Shown here one piece after another: positions 25,240-38,000 of a DNA stretch of 64,000 nucleotides. A program made the translations under genes and the position numbers. Location: the NCBI GenBank assembly GCA_036172245.1, contig JAYWIR010000075.1:248001-312000 (forward strand), read 5' to 3'. The notes below the pieces were generated by a model that worked only from the letters and a program-made list of their open reading frames with translations, ran no database searches and was not told the DNA's origin. Origin of the DNA: Raillietiella orientalis (taxonomy: Eukaryota). Position 1 is the first letter of the stretch. Each line of letters starts with the position of its first letter.

Positions 25240-25535
25240 CTATAGTTGGCCCTCTGGGGTCCTGAAATCCCCACAATGGGAATGTCATGAGAGGGCTGGA
25301 GACCCCACGGCTGCACCTCGACAAAATCAGGATCCCCATAATCGCCTCTGAGATATGCTATATGGTTGCGATATCTGCTGGGCCCGTAGGCTGGAGCATC
25401 CTTCCGCTGAAGAAGACGCCCGGGATATTGATGCCCAAGAAGAGCCACCAAACGATGCGGATGTGGAAGCGATTCCATGACCTCATACGAGAAGAATGGA
25501 CGGAACATGGAGATGAAGATGTGTAAAGATCGTGA
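25240..25535. repeat. Dispersed repeat, inverted relative to 51830-52105
   Basis: Shared blocks atagttgg, gctggagaccc, cacctcgac, ccaagaag.gcca, ggaagcgattcca, aatggacgga.cat, aagatcgtga. Confidence 0.75.
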
Positions 25536-27419
25536 ATAAAAATTTCTTTTTATTCCTCCTGTGATCCATGCGTTCACCTTCTAAACAGATCCAAGGAATC
25601 TCTTAGAGTCCTCTTCCGTTCCAGGAGTGGGTCTCAGCTTCGACGATCGAGAAACTCTCGAATGGATGAAGATGCCTCCGTGGTGTCGTCGGAGTCCGTT
25701 CCGGACACCAGTTAGGAGCAATAATCCAGAAGCATCCGGGCCGTTTTGGTCTTGCAAGCGGGGACTGAGGAAGCTGCATGGTGGGTCCTTATACTTTGCC
25801 ACAGTCATCGCCCTCTTCTTTCTTTGAAGAGACTCCCCATCTAGCCGCCTTGTAAAGCTTCGGAAAGTGCCATCTGGGGAGCTCTCATTCGGCTCCTAAA
25901 AACTCGTGTCTCGTTCAGCTCAGAGCAGCACTCGAGAATTTCCGCGGAGGACTAAGGGTGGTGTGTTCTTGCAGCTTTGAGGACCGTGGCTCCTGCCTCA
26001 CTCCGGGAAGAGAGACCGTGCCGCTTGCAGCAGCAGCGCGAGCGGAAGGCAGGGAGGAACCTGGACACTGCAAAACCTGGAAGATGGCTCCGAGGAGGGG
26101 AAGCAGCGTTGCAGACGGAGGCCACCAGGACTCCTCCGGGACGCGCACGTGGATTTCTTGCTCCTTCCCTTATCTTCCGTTCGTCGGGACAGTCCGGGGC
26201 CCGCGAACCTCTAGATCGTGCGAAGGGCTCCGAAAATGCTCGGCTTTGGGAACAACGAAACAGAGGCTAAGGAGTGGGCGGATGGAGGGAGGGAATTGGC
26301 GGGGGTCTCCCAGGCAACACGACGAAGTCAGCAGGGGTAGAAGCCAGGTTAGGGAAAAAACCCTCAGAAAGCGCAGTTTCCTGGATTCGATCTTCACATG
26401 TTAGGGATGCATGAAGGGAAGCGGAAAAAAGCTCTGAGCATGATATACATGGTATCTCGTCCGTTTCCCCGTGAGACCCTAGCCCTGACCACATGGGACG
26501 CCGGATTGGAAGAAAGTGGGTGACTCCGACCGTTTCCGGGACGATGGACTCAGTCCGCGCTCAACGCTTCCGCGTGCTGCAAGTGGATCGGGTGAGAAGG
26601 TAGTCTCCGGGTTGGAGGGAGCTGGGGCAAGAAGGACGCTTTGCGTCTGTGAGGAGAAGTTTCGTCACCGAACCTCTCTCTTTCTCCTCATTCCATCCTC
26701 CCTCGTTCCTGGATACGAACCCTTTTTTCCATCTGCATCTCTTCTCCCCATCTCAGAAGGCCTGCCCCTCCCTCGAACAGGTGAGTCCTTCTTCCCTTCG
26801 CTTCCCCATCTCCTTCCTCGCAGTCATCCGGCATCCCCCGTCAGAGAAATAGGAGCCAGAGGGAAGGAGGAGAAGTCCCCAGAAGGCTGCAGGCAACACT
26901 CTCTGGTCCTCTTCCCTCTCCGTTCCCTCCCTCTGCAGAGGCAGGAGTAAGAAAGAGGCCGCCAGCGTTCTCCGGGCAGGAGAACAAGAGAGTGAAAAAG
27001 AGGGTCTTTGCTGCGGACGACGAACAAGACCCCGGCGAGAGGCCGCACCTTGTGAAGGGCGGCATCGTGCCCCCGTCGCCGTCCCGCCGGCGAGGGAGAC
27101 TGGAGGCCCCGTCGCGCGTGAAATGGGTGGGGATATTTTGACGAGGGTTGCCTCCCCTCCTCCCGCGGTTCTGGAGGCCCGGCCGCTCCACCCTCCCAAG
27201 GGTCACGACTACGCGGTCGCGCTGAGGAACGCCCATGTATCCAAGCCCTCTCTGAGACTGGGGAAAAGAAGATAGAGAGGAGGGGTGCGACCTTCCCCGG
27301 GCACACAATGACCGCATCTTGGGTCTCATCGTAAGTGATGGCAGCTCCACCTCGAATTCAAGTCCTCTGACCTGGGTTCCCAGGCAGACGGCGAGTCCGG
27401 GGCACCTCCACTCCCTGAT

Positions 27420-27560
27420 TCCCCTCGTCCCCTCCTGCCTACATCCTCCCTTCCGGTGAACACACAGGAAGGGGAAAAGGAGCCATGGATATGGAGGGAC
27501 CCTCGTGGCTGTGGAATTTGCAGCCTCTGTCCTTAGGGCCGAGTGCTCCCACCACGAGGA
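27420..27560 (+). repeat. Dispersed repeat, direct copy at ~29660-29810
   Basis: cccctcgtc..tgcctac...ggagccat...gggaccctc.tggct...tgcagcctctgtcctt.ggg occurs in both. Confidence 0.7.
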
Positions 27561-30500
27561 TGCTCCCTCCGCCGAATCGGAGACGATTCACCTTCCTCCC
27601 TGGATTGGAGCCAATGAGCATCTCCAGGAGGAAGAGTCAGGGGACACCCAGGAAAGGGAGGCAGCTGCTCCCGGGTAACTTCCCTTTCCTGCTTGCGCCG
27701 GTGGGGCCTCTGCTCCGAGCGGGAGCCAAGGCAAGGATTCTGGCACGGCACTCATGTGCGCTCGCTTCCTCCGAGATCTTCCTGCCCTCCGGGAGTACCG
27801 CCGGAATACGTCGTCGAGTCGACTGTTCTCGCTCTTCCCCCTGAGCAGCTCCTACCCGGGATCTTCTGCCGAGCTTGGGCGCACTCGAGCCCGTGACTGT
27901 GCCGGGGAACTCCCGTGCGTCGCTTGGGAGCAGAGAAGCATCCAGGCTCCTTCTAGGAGGGACGAGAACCTCAACGCTCCGCTCCCGGTGACGACGCGAA
28001 TCTGACCTGCCGCGCTCCCACGTCCTCCTCCTCCTCCTCGTCTCGCTCCTGCTACGGCGGATCCCGAACCTCCTCCTCTTTTTCTTCCCCCTCCTTGAGT
28101 CTGCGCAGCGGTCAAGTGCCGGGGGAGGAGGAGGAGGAAGAAGGAAAGAAGAGGAGGAAGGGAAGAAGAGGAGGGACGATGAGCAGCGGTCGGTACCAGA
28201 CTACCGTTTCAGGGACGACTCTGCGGGAGAGGACGCGTCGTCATCCCCCGGGGATTCGCAGCGGCTAATTACAAAGGGAAAAGAAAAAAAAATGGCCTTT
28301 CCATCGAGCGAGGCACGGGATAAACAAAAACAGGCGCAGATTGGAGGACCACAAGTGCCCGTCCATCCGTCTCATCCGAAAGGCGATTTATCGAAAGCGA
28401 CGGGAGGAGGAAGAGCAATCCCAACTCTCTCCGGGGAGCGTCCGGTCGGCTGATGGGAAGGGTGGAAAAGGGGGGGGGAGAGGGGAATAGTGAGGAGGAG
28501 CACAGGAAAAGTGGACGCCGGCGAGCGACCTTGCTGACCCCCTCGGCAGCCGGTCCGAAAGCAGAGCAGCATCCTGGGCGCGCGCGTGCGCGCTCGCCGG
28601 ACCGCACAGTCGTCGTCAAGGGAGAGGGGGAGGGGGAGGGAGGAGGCCACGCGTGCGCGCGGCGAAGCAGCGGACGCGCTCCGTTGCCGCGCAACGGGCG
28701 GAGAGGGGTCGGGGGCAAATGCGTAATTGACGCTTCCCCCTCCCTGTGCGGCCGCGGCCGGCGAACCGCGTGATGGATGCCGTCTCCAGGACAACGGGAG
28801 CCTCCCTCCGCTCTCTCTCTCTCGATCCGAGTGCGCGCGCTCGAGTCGGGCGCTTTCCCGCGGGCGCACGCGCTCTTCGCGAGTGAGCACGCGTCCACTT
28901 CCCCCATCCCGTCCGCGCGCAGCGGTGGCAAGCGATGCGCCTTCTACCCGGTCCTCCCCGCCGCGGGAATCGGTCAGAAGGCGGGACGGAGCGGCTTCTC
29001 TTTTCCTGTCCGCGGAGGTGCCTTCATCGAACCCGTCAGGAGCGAAGCGATCCCGCACTTGCCTCCCGTCTCCTGCCCGCCAGGAAGCGGAGGCAGCGAG
29101 CGACGTTGTCGCACGCGCGCGCGCTTCAAAGGCGGTGCCACCTCCCCCTCTGGTCGCCTCTGGACCTCAGACGGAGAGGAGAGAGAAACAGGGCGGGGGA
29201 ATGAATGATGAGGATCGCCAGGAAACCACACCTTTCCAGGGAGCGCTTCTGGAGAGCAGCGCGCGTCTGTCGCGCAGGTTTTGAGAGTTCCCGGTGGGAG
29301 GGACTGCCGCGGGAAAAAAGTCCGGACATGACGACAGGATCCCCGAGGAGAAGAAGAAGGCGAGAAAGTTTCCGAGAGTGTCGAGGGATATCCAGGAGGG
29401 GGAAATGCCTCGGGAGCTTGACGCAGAGGGAAAGTGCACGTGTCTTCCTCTCGACTTCTCCTGCAGGAGTGGAGTCGCTCTCCGGTCTCTCTCCACTAGC
29501 CTTCCCTCAACGGACAGTTTTGGACGCCTTCGTCCTCCTCCGCGACTGTAAGGAGATTGGGGAAGAGGAAGAGGGGGAGAGGAGGCGCGGCATTCCCTGG
29601 GAGCACAAGGGGTCTTCGGTAGCACCTTAGGTAGATGACCGGGTACACAGAGCTGGGTTCCCCCTCGTCGTCCTCTTGCCTACGCCCTCCCCGTCCGGCG
29701 GACAAGGAGGAAGGGGGAGAGGAGCCATAAAAATGTGCGGGACCCTCATGGCTCCGGGATCTGCAGCCTCTGTCCTTCGGGTTCCCGAGACGGCTACAGA
29801 AGATGCTCCCGAGGGAGGGGGAGGGTGGTCATGTCGGTTCAGGACCTCAGGACCTAGGGCTCTTCCTCCCCTCTGTTGGATCGCTTTCCTCCAGCGGGGG
29901 AAAAGGGAAGGGGGGGCTCACTCTCTCCTGCTCACGGTCGGAGAGCCGCATAATGAGCGCCGTCTCCAGGACAGCAGGGGCGGGAGGGGGAGACTGAGGG
30001 AGGGACATGGGTATTTCCTGAGGGCACAAAAGGGGCTGAGAAGGAGACAGCCATCCAGCTAAGGGCTTCGGTGGCTTCGCCAGCTTCGCGGTCCCAGACG
30101 CGCGCTTGCCTTCTTCGTCGGGACAAGAAGGGGATCTTCAAGCCTCGGAGGGAGCGGAGGAAAAAGGGGGGAGGGGAATTCCCTCTCCCCTCCTTTCCAA
30201 TGAGACTCATGGTCGGTTTTCTCCCTAGACTTAAACCTACTTGTTGCCGCTTTGCCGTGACCCCAAGATGCGGTCGCTGCATACGGGGCGCTGACGCAGG
30301 GTCTCCTGAATACGCCGCGCATTATCGCAGGCGCTGGAACGCTCGCGACTTGTTTTTTCCTCGATTTTTCCTATGTTGATGCAAATAAAACACCTGGATC
30401 TCCTGCCGCCCTGCAGATTATGGGGCTCGGAGACGGAAGACAGGGACCCTTCGCGACGCGGCCGGTAGTCATTGAGACCGGACTCACAACGCATCTCTGC

Positions 30501-33500
30501 ACCTCGCGATCCTGCGCACCAACGCCGCGCAGGATCCATGAGAGAGTTGGTCCGGGACTCCACAGGAGCTCTATCCTCCAAGGAATGGCAGCGACGAGAG
30601 GAGACAGGGTGGGCGAGAGCCTCAGCAAACAGCTTGGGCGGCTGGTGTCCGCGACCGCTCGCCGAGGCGGCGACGCCAAGTGCTCATCCCGAGGGACCGC
30701 TCCGGACCAGGAAGATCCTTTCGGGATAATTCCAAGAGATGTGGGGATGATACCCGCGGCTCCCGCTCTCCCCCCGAGGCGGCAGCGCTCGGCGGTGCTG
30801 CTGCTGCATTGGAACCTCCCTTAAGGCGCTCGCCTGTACAACAGCATGGGAGGAAGCACGGCCTCCACCCATCCACCCCACGAAGAGGAGCACGACCCTC
30901 CCCTCCCACACGCACTTGTGGCTTGCGCTGCCCTCGGATCAGCGCTGCTACTTCCGGGAGGATGGAGACCCAGGAGATGTGCCAGAGCGCTTGTCTGTGA
31001 GCAGCGTGGTGCCGCCGCAGCCGCGACTTCTGCTGCCGCCGCTATACGAGGCGCATCTGGAGCGCCACTGCCATGGCGACCCCCGTCCTGAGGCGTACAA
31101 TGCGATGGCTTCGCCTCGCAGACTCACCAGCATCCTGCTCAGGAGGAGCTCAGAAAAGCACCGGAGATCATCTCCCCTTTCCACACAAAACGCCCTGCGT
31201 CCTTTCATTCCTTGATTCGGTGCCCTCTCTCCTCTTTCCCCAAGGCGGTTCTCTCTGGCAGGTCAACTGCCGGATCATCCAGAAGTTGTCGGACCTTTTT
31301 AGGGACCCGCGTCCTCACAAACGTTCCTTTCTTTACCTCCCTCCTTTTTTCAGGTCCATTGTTTGGATTTGCCACGGATGACCGGGAGCGACCCAGGATC
31401 GGATGAGGTCGCGTCACTCCTTTCCCGCCGAAAGAGCGCATAGCGCACTCCGTGCCTCCCTCAGTCTCCTCGTCTTTGCGCCTCTCCATTCTCTCTCTTT
31501 CCCTCCCGTGAAGTCTGCGCTCGTGAGAAGACACAAAGGAGCAAAATTTCCCTCCCCCTTTCTTCCCCTTCGGAAGGAAGAAAAGGGAGACACACCAGCC
31601 GACGTTTTCCAGAACTACCCCTCCGCGAGTGCACATCGCTCCTGGACGGCCCCCGGAAGCTTCCTTCGCGCCAACTCGGTGGCTGCACGAGGGAGGTGGG
31701 GGATGGGGTGGAGCCGCGAGAGCTTGGAGGGAGCGTCCGATGGGAGAAGTGCACACTGACGCGGAAGAGCCTCTTCACTCCCCCTCGTTCCCATCTCCGT
31801 CCCGTCGCGGGAGCTTCCTTGAACTTCTCGAGGACGGCCATAGTCCTGACCACCACCACCACCACTCCTCAGTAAGTCTCGTTTCACGCTTTGGTCCTGA
31901 GGAGATTGAAGTGTGAAGGACCAATCCCTTCCGCAGGCTCCCTGGATGGACGCTCGTGAGCACTTCTACTTCTTTTATTCCCTGGTCCTGAGGGGCGTTC
32001 GTCCAACATCGTAGCGAGGAACTGCTGTCCAGAGAGGCTCCATGCTTCTTGGACTCCCCTATTCAGAAGACTGTCCCGAGGCTTCCTGCTCCAAGGAGAG
32101 AAAATCGGAAGAGGCGAAAAGAAGAGAAGGAGAAAAGGGAGGATTCGCCATCGAGTCTTTCGGGATCCTGAGCTACAGGGTCGGGATTGCTTTCCCTCTT
32201 CCCTTTCTCTTCCTGTTTTATTCTCCATTTCTACCTTTTCTCCCGGAAATCCGGTCGGCTGTGTGTTTCCCCTAAGAGCAAAGATGGAGCGTTTGCTCGG
32301 TAGGTGCAGCAGCAGAGTAGGGAGTCGCCTTTCGCTCCACGTCAGGAATCTTTTTGCACGCAGAGAGAGAGATGTCTCGTTCCTTACCTCCTTCGATGTC
32401 GCCATCCCTCCTTTGAGATTTCTTCCCGAGCTGAGATGATGCTGGCGCCGACATGGCTAGTCTCCCGTAAGAGCCCACCACCACCCTCCCAAGTTTTTCT
32501 CCCTCAGGATCTCCGGCGACAGCCATGGCAACCGCGGGAATGGTCCAAAGACGCCAGCGGAGCCGAAGAACCTACAGACGGGAGCGAATGGGGTTTCCAG
32601 TGTCGGGAAACTCCCACATATCGCGTCTCCAGGCGAATCGTCCCTGCCTCCAAGGAAGGAGCTTAACCTTCCACCTCCTCCTCCCCGCTCTGCCCGAGGT
32701 TTTGCACAATTCCCTCCAGCACATTCCTTCTTCCCGGCTTTCGTCTCTGCTAGCTGGGGTCTTCTGCGCGCGTTCTTGGTGCTCCTCTCTCTTCCCCGGT
32801 TCGTTCACTGTCAAGAAGAATCCCTGCGGGTGCAAGAATGGCTGCTGCTCAGTCCTTGACTTCCCTGAAAGCCCGCCCTCTCTCGCAGGGAGCCTCAACC
32901 GGGCAGGCAGGCAGAGGGGCAGGGCTGGCTGCGTCCCAACGCGACCGCTGCCGGCTCTCAGAGAAGGACGCTTCCCTGCCCATCAATCTTACCTGCTGGC
33001 TCCTCCATCCCGAAGAGAAAGCTCAGGCTGGAAGGGGCGTCCGAAAGGCAATCCGGCCGCGCGGTCTCCTCTCAGGGGTCACAAATTTGTCTCTGGGGGC
33101 AGGCGGTGGTGGCGACTGAACCTGAGGCTGTTCGGACTGCCGACCTCCGCCCGGCGGAGAGGCCCGTCCCGGCGTGGCGTCGTCGTCGTCGGTGGCGCCA
33201 CGCTTCCCCTCCACCAGCGGTCGCATGGCGCGACTCTGACCGGCAGCGCGCCTGCTGCTACCTTAGCGCCGGGAACTCCTCCTTCTCCTCCCGAGAGCCA
33301 TAAATCCATGTCCGTCGATTCCTGGTTCGTCTTCTTCCCTGGCTGCAGCAGCAGCACCTTCTCGTAAATCAACGGGGTTCCAACCTCGAGGGAGCGGAGG
33401 GGAGGAGGAAGGGAAGCCACTCCATCCTCTCTCTCTCTCTTTTTTTCCACTGTTTTTTTTTTTTTATCGTCTGTCCATATCGCCTCCATTTGCATCCCTG

Positions 33501-34969
33501 GGAAAATCCTCGTGTTCCCTGGGTCCAGTTCGTCCTCTTTATCGTCGTGGGATGAATTCCAGGAACACAGCGTCGGCGGCGCGACGGCGCCCTTCCGCGC
33601 AGGAAGCGCGAGGGCAGGTAGAAAAAGCAAACGAAAGGACAAGCCAGGAGGAAGAGGAAGGTTCCCTGCTTTCATTCCAAGGGAGGGGGTGTGTGTCCGC
33701 CGCAGCTAGGGAAGCAGCAGCCTCCGCATCCCGACGAGTCACGGAGCCCCTGTCGCGATTTATTGCCGGGAGATGTTTGGCACGATTTATGCTCCCGCAT
33801 CACGCGGCGATATTTGTCAGTAAATCCTCCGCGGGCTCTGGGCAGTAAACCTAATTGCCCGCCTAGCGACGGCCTTTGATCCTGGGGACGAACCATCGCA
33901 TCTGCGGGCCGCGCGAGGCGGCGGGCATCCCGCTTAATTATTTAACGACACACTCCACCCTGCCTTCCCCTCCGAGAGCGCTCTTTCGCAACCCTTCACG
34001 GCCTGGTTCCTCGACCCCCCGGACGAAGCGCTCCTCCCTCCGTTCCTGGAAACCGGGCAAGGCCCGAGGGGACTGTTCCTCCCTTCCCCCTTCGGGGCGT
34101 TTTGTTTTTTTTTCCTCCTCCCGAGAAACGCGCCGAAGCTCTGCGCAACCGCCTCTGGAAAGAAATGGGGGGAGGGAGAGGGGAAATCGAGCGCTTTTCC
34201 AGACGAAAGGGTTCCCCGCAGCGACCTCTCTTTCCGGGGGAAGAGGATGCAGGACTGGACCGGAACCGAAGGGTGAGCGGAGGGAATCATCCTCAGGAAT
34301 GCCGCAGTTTCCCCTTCCATCGGCGGCCGGAGAGTCGAGAGCGGTGGCAGTTGGAGGGAAAGTACGCCGCGGCGCGTGCGAGCGCGGAAGGGCGGACACC
34401 CTTCCTAGCAGGTCCAGCAGATTTCGAGGACGGCTCGGGAGGGGATCCAGGGTCTCCGCCCTCCCCCCCTTTTCTTTTCCAATCCCTCATCCGGAAGTAT
34501 GCAGGCACCGGAACCGAAAGGGAAAATTGCGGCGTTTCGCTGTCGCTGGAAGGATCCTGCAGACTGAATGGGACACAGCGGGTGGGGTGATGGGTACACC
34601 CATCACCCCACCCCCTCGTACCCCACATCGTTTGGCGCCTGGATGAGAGAAGCCCCGCCCTGGTCAACTGCTAACTCTGCCCTTGCCGGACTCACACGAG
34701 ATGCGGTCGACTGAGTCTCGCGGAAGAGGACGAGGGGGCAATAGTCGACCGGTTGCTGGTGGCAATCGCCGCCTCTTCTGGGCCGCAGCTCCTCGCGGTC
34801 CAAGGACTGTTGGGCGCCGGAGAGTGACAGCTGCCCTCTGAGAGAGGTATGTCAGGAAAGGTGTCATTTCGTGACTTTCGCGGAAGGAGCAGCGAACTCG
34901 ACCTCAGAAAGAGATGGCCATTCAGAGGAGGCTGAGCCGAGATCTCCTTGAGGAGGATCATGTGGGAGA

Positions 34970-35014
34970 CTCCAATGAGCCGTGTCACGGTTCTCATGAC
35001 ACGGCTCATTGGAG
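34970..35014. repeat. Perfect 18-bp inverted repeat with 9-nt loop
   Basis: ctccaatgagccgtgtca-cggttctca-tgacacggctcattggag. Confidence 0.95.
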
Positions 35015-38000
35015 CCAATCGTCTCTCCCGAATTTTAGGCTACCACGAGGAGGGAAGGGGAGCAGCCAGCCACTCTTTGGATGTAAGGGCAAAGGAGTCT
35101 GCTTGTTGCGGAAGAGCCGCCCCTCCCCTGGCTTGTCCCATTTCTTGGAAGGATCAGAGGGGATTTTATCACCTGCTTCAGATCTCCCTCAAACTCCTTT
35201 TTCTTCACGAATTCTCCTTTTTCCTCGTGGAGACCGACGACCACCGCTGCGCACGAGCATCTCTCAGGAGAGGCGGCACGCTGTCGTTTGCCAGCTTGAG
35301 CAGCGCATCGGCAGAGATGCCATTCTTCGGGAAGTCGCTTCCCTTCGTTCCCCCCTTCTGACCTTTGTCCCCTCTGTCCCGATGCTCCTGATCTTCCCTC
35401 GGACCGGTCGTGGGCAAGAGGAAGCAGCTGCAGCACAGCAATGGCAGCAGGATGGAGGAGGAGGGGCGATACCAAGATTAGACCATCCGATAAGTTTCGT
35501 AGCAGAGGCTGCTTGGAGCCTCCGTGACTTTGCAGATACCGCAGGAATCTCTTCCTCCCTTCTTCCTCCCCTTTTATTCTTCCTCCTCCTCTGCTTCCTG
35601 TTCTTGAGAACGAGGGCAGTCAAGTCATGCGACCTCCGTGAGTCTAGCCCATGCCTTCCCCGTGTCGGTAGGGCAAGGGAGGTGGCATAGAGTAGGCAAA
35701 AAGGGGACAGCAGCTTTCAGAGGAAACCGGAACTTTTCTGCTCTTTAGGACGCTGCTTCCGTGGAATTTCTCCCTGCATTCCTGAGCCCTCCCCCTCCCC
35801 ACCTCCTTTTTCCCTCTTTATCCCATTTCTCATCGTAGGAGGGAGAATTTGGAACTCCTCGCTTTCAGAAGAACGGCGGGAGGAGCGTCCTGTTTGAGAC
35901 CCGGAGAGAGAGAATCGCTGCGGAAGGTCTGCATCGCAGCGCTGAGTCTGCAGTGCTGCGGATCCCTCTCAAGAGGCGCAACCCCCTCTCGGTTAGAAAG
36001 GGAGGGGATGGATGGAAAATCCGAAACCTTCAGATGCGCTTCCCCCCCCCCCCTTCCTGTCCCTTCGATTTCCGAAAACTGTTCGGAGCGCGCTTTTCCC
36101 AAGATGGAAACTCTCCCTTTCCCAGCCGGTTGCAGCAGCAGTAGCCCGACTGGCATGACTCTCTCCTCTTTAGCCAGTTCGCTCCTATCCCCTTCTTCCC
36201 TCCTCCTTGCCGACCGCTTTCCCTTCCCCTCCCTTTTTTTTTCTTCCTTTCCTTTCTTTTTTGGGTGGGTGTCTTGTCGACGGTTGCCAAGGTGGTATTG
36301 CGGGCGCCGCAAGAAGAGGCCAGGCAGTGGCGGCGCTAATTGCCGGTTAGCCCTCCGCTTTCGGCTTTCCGATGCATCCGAGATGAGTGATACACCCGGT
36401 CGTCAAGCATCTCGCAATTACCACCCGGGACCCGAGCGCCGCTCTCGCTGCCTCCGCGCGCCATCATCATCGGAGAGGAGGCTTTTTTGACGGCCGTCGA
36501 TCCGGTGATTCGCGGGGGATGACAGCGTAATGAGGCTGGATGAATAAGTTTCAGTCTTAAGGACCCGGCTCTGTGGCTGCCTTCCGCGCGACCCGCGAGT
36601 CTCTCCTCCCTACGGAACCGGCGACGCCTTGGTAACGGAATCCCCAGTTCTCCGGACGCTGATCATCGGGTGCTGAGCTCCTCGAATAGTTGCAAGCGGG
36701 AAGAGGAAGAACAGAAGAAGGGGTGTTCGAGAAAAGTAGAGGATCAGAGTAGAGACTGCTCTTCCCCGTCGCTTGGGAATCCTCCAGGGATGTCGCGGAA
36801 AAGCTTGCGATTTCTGGGACTCCAGCGCCGCCCCCTGATTCCGCCCTCCTTCTCTCAGTAGAACGCGAAACGCGCGCCGCCCTTTCACGTCCCCACATGA
36901 TTCCCTCCTTACTTTCCTCTAGCAGTCCCATCTTCTCTGAGGTCCTCATCCTTTTCCGGTTTTTCTCCTCGATCCCATTCACTCACAGAAGCGTTCAACG
37001 GAAATGGTGCCATCCTTTCATGGGGTGGAGCAGTGTATGGAGAGGAAGAGATCCCCCATCCGGCGAGGATTTCTCCGGAACGAGAGCGCACCTAATGCTT
37101 CTTCCTTTCCCTCCTGCCAGGAAGGGCAGCGAAGAGACAGTCAATCCGCGAGTTTCCAGTTGGATGACCCGCGGCTCTGCAGTCTCGGAGCCAGGCATTT
37201 ATCCTGTCCGCATCCAGGTACGCCAGTCGCCGCCTCTAGAGGCAGGAGGGGAGGAGAGAGAGATGCCTGCTCCGTGCCATGCCGATGGCGGCTCTGATTT
37301 CCTCTCGAGTAGCCGCCAGTCTGCCCCGCTCGCGGCCCTGCACTCCGAAGACAGGAGTGCTGTCTCTGACTGCCTAGACCAGGGCCCACAGGCAGGAGTC
37401 CTATGTATGCTGCGAGGACAGTGCGATCAGCGCTGCCAGGAGGCCTCTCGACCGGTTCGGCGGAGGACTTCGAGGACCGCGGCCAAGTGGAAAGGCCCAG
37501 GGGCACTTTCGCGGCCTCGTTTTTTCCGCACCTACTCGAGCAGCATCGTGGGCATTTTCGTAGAGGATGCCTACGATGCCCGCCGCTTCCTCAGATGCCT
37601 TTCCGCAGATGCGAGGAACGGCGTGCGCCGTTCCTCGCGCTGCAACTGCTCCTACTGGTCACGCGTGCACAGTCGGCCAACAGTCTGCCAACGGGACGTC
37701 TTTGTTTTTGTTTTTCAACTGGAGCATCTTCTTCTCTACTGAAGATCTTGCTTACACTGCGGAGCTTGCAGGACGATCCGCGGTCGAGATTTGAGTTTTC
37801 AAGAGAATGCACTACGAGCGTGCGCACATGACGGGAGGAGACTTTCGGAAGCCGTCGGAGAACCAAGGGAGGGAGGGAGAGAGCTTGCCTTCCTCTTCCC
37901 GCCTATTCCCCCTCTCCCTTCCGGGATAATCCACGACGCGGACGCCGCAGGGTATCGGCTCTTCGCGAGCCTGCAGCAGGAGGACCTGACGAGCGTACCA

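Noticed and set aside
30500..31150. Possible RTE endonuclease remnant (and RT-like words at ~37300-37700)
   Set aside because: Motif resemblance is too weak to list as a feature without a search.
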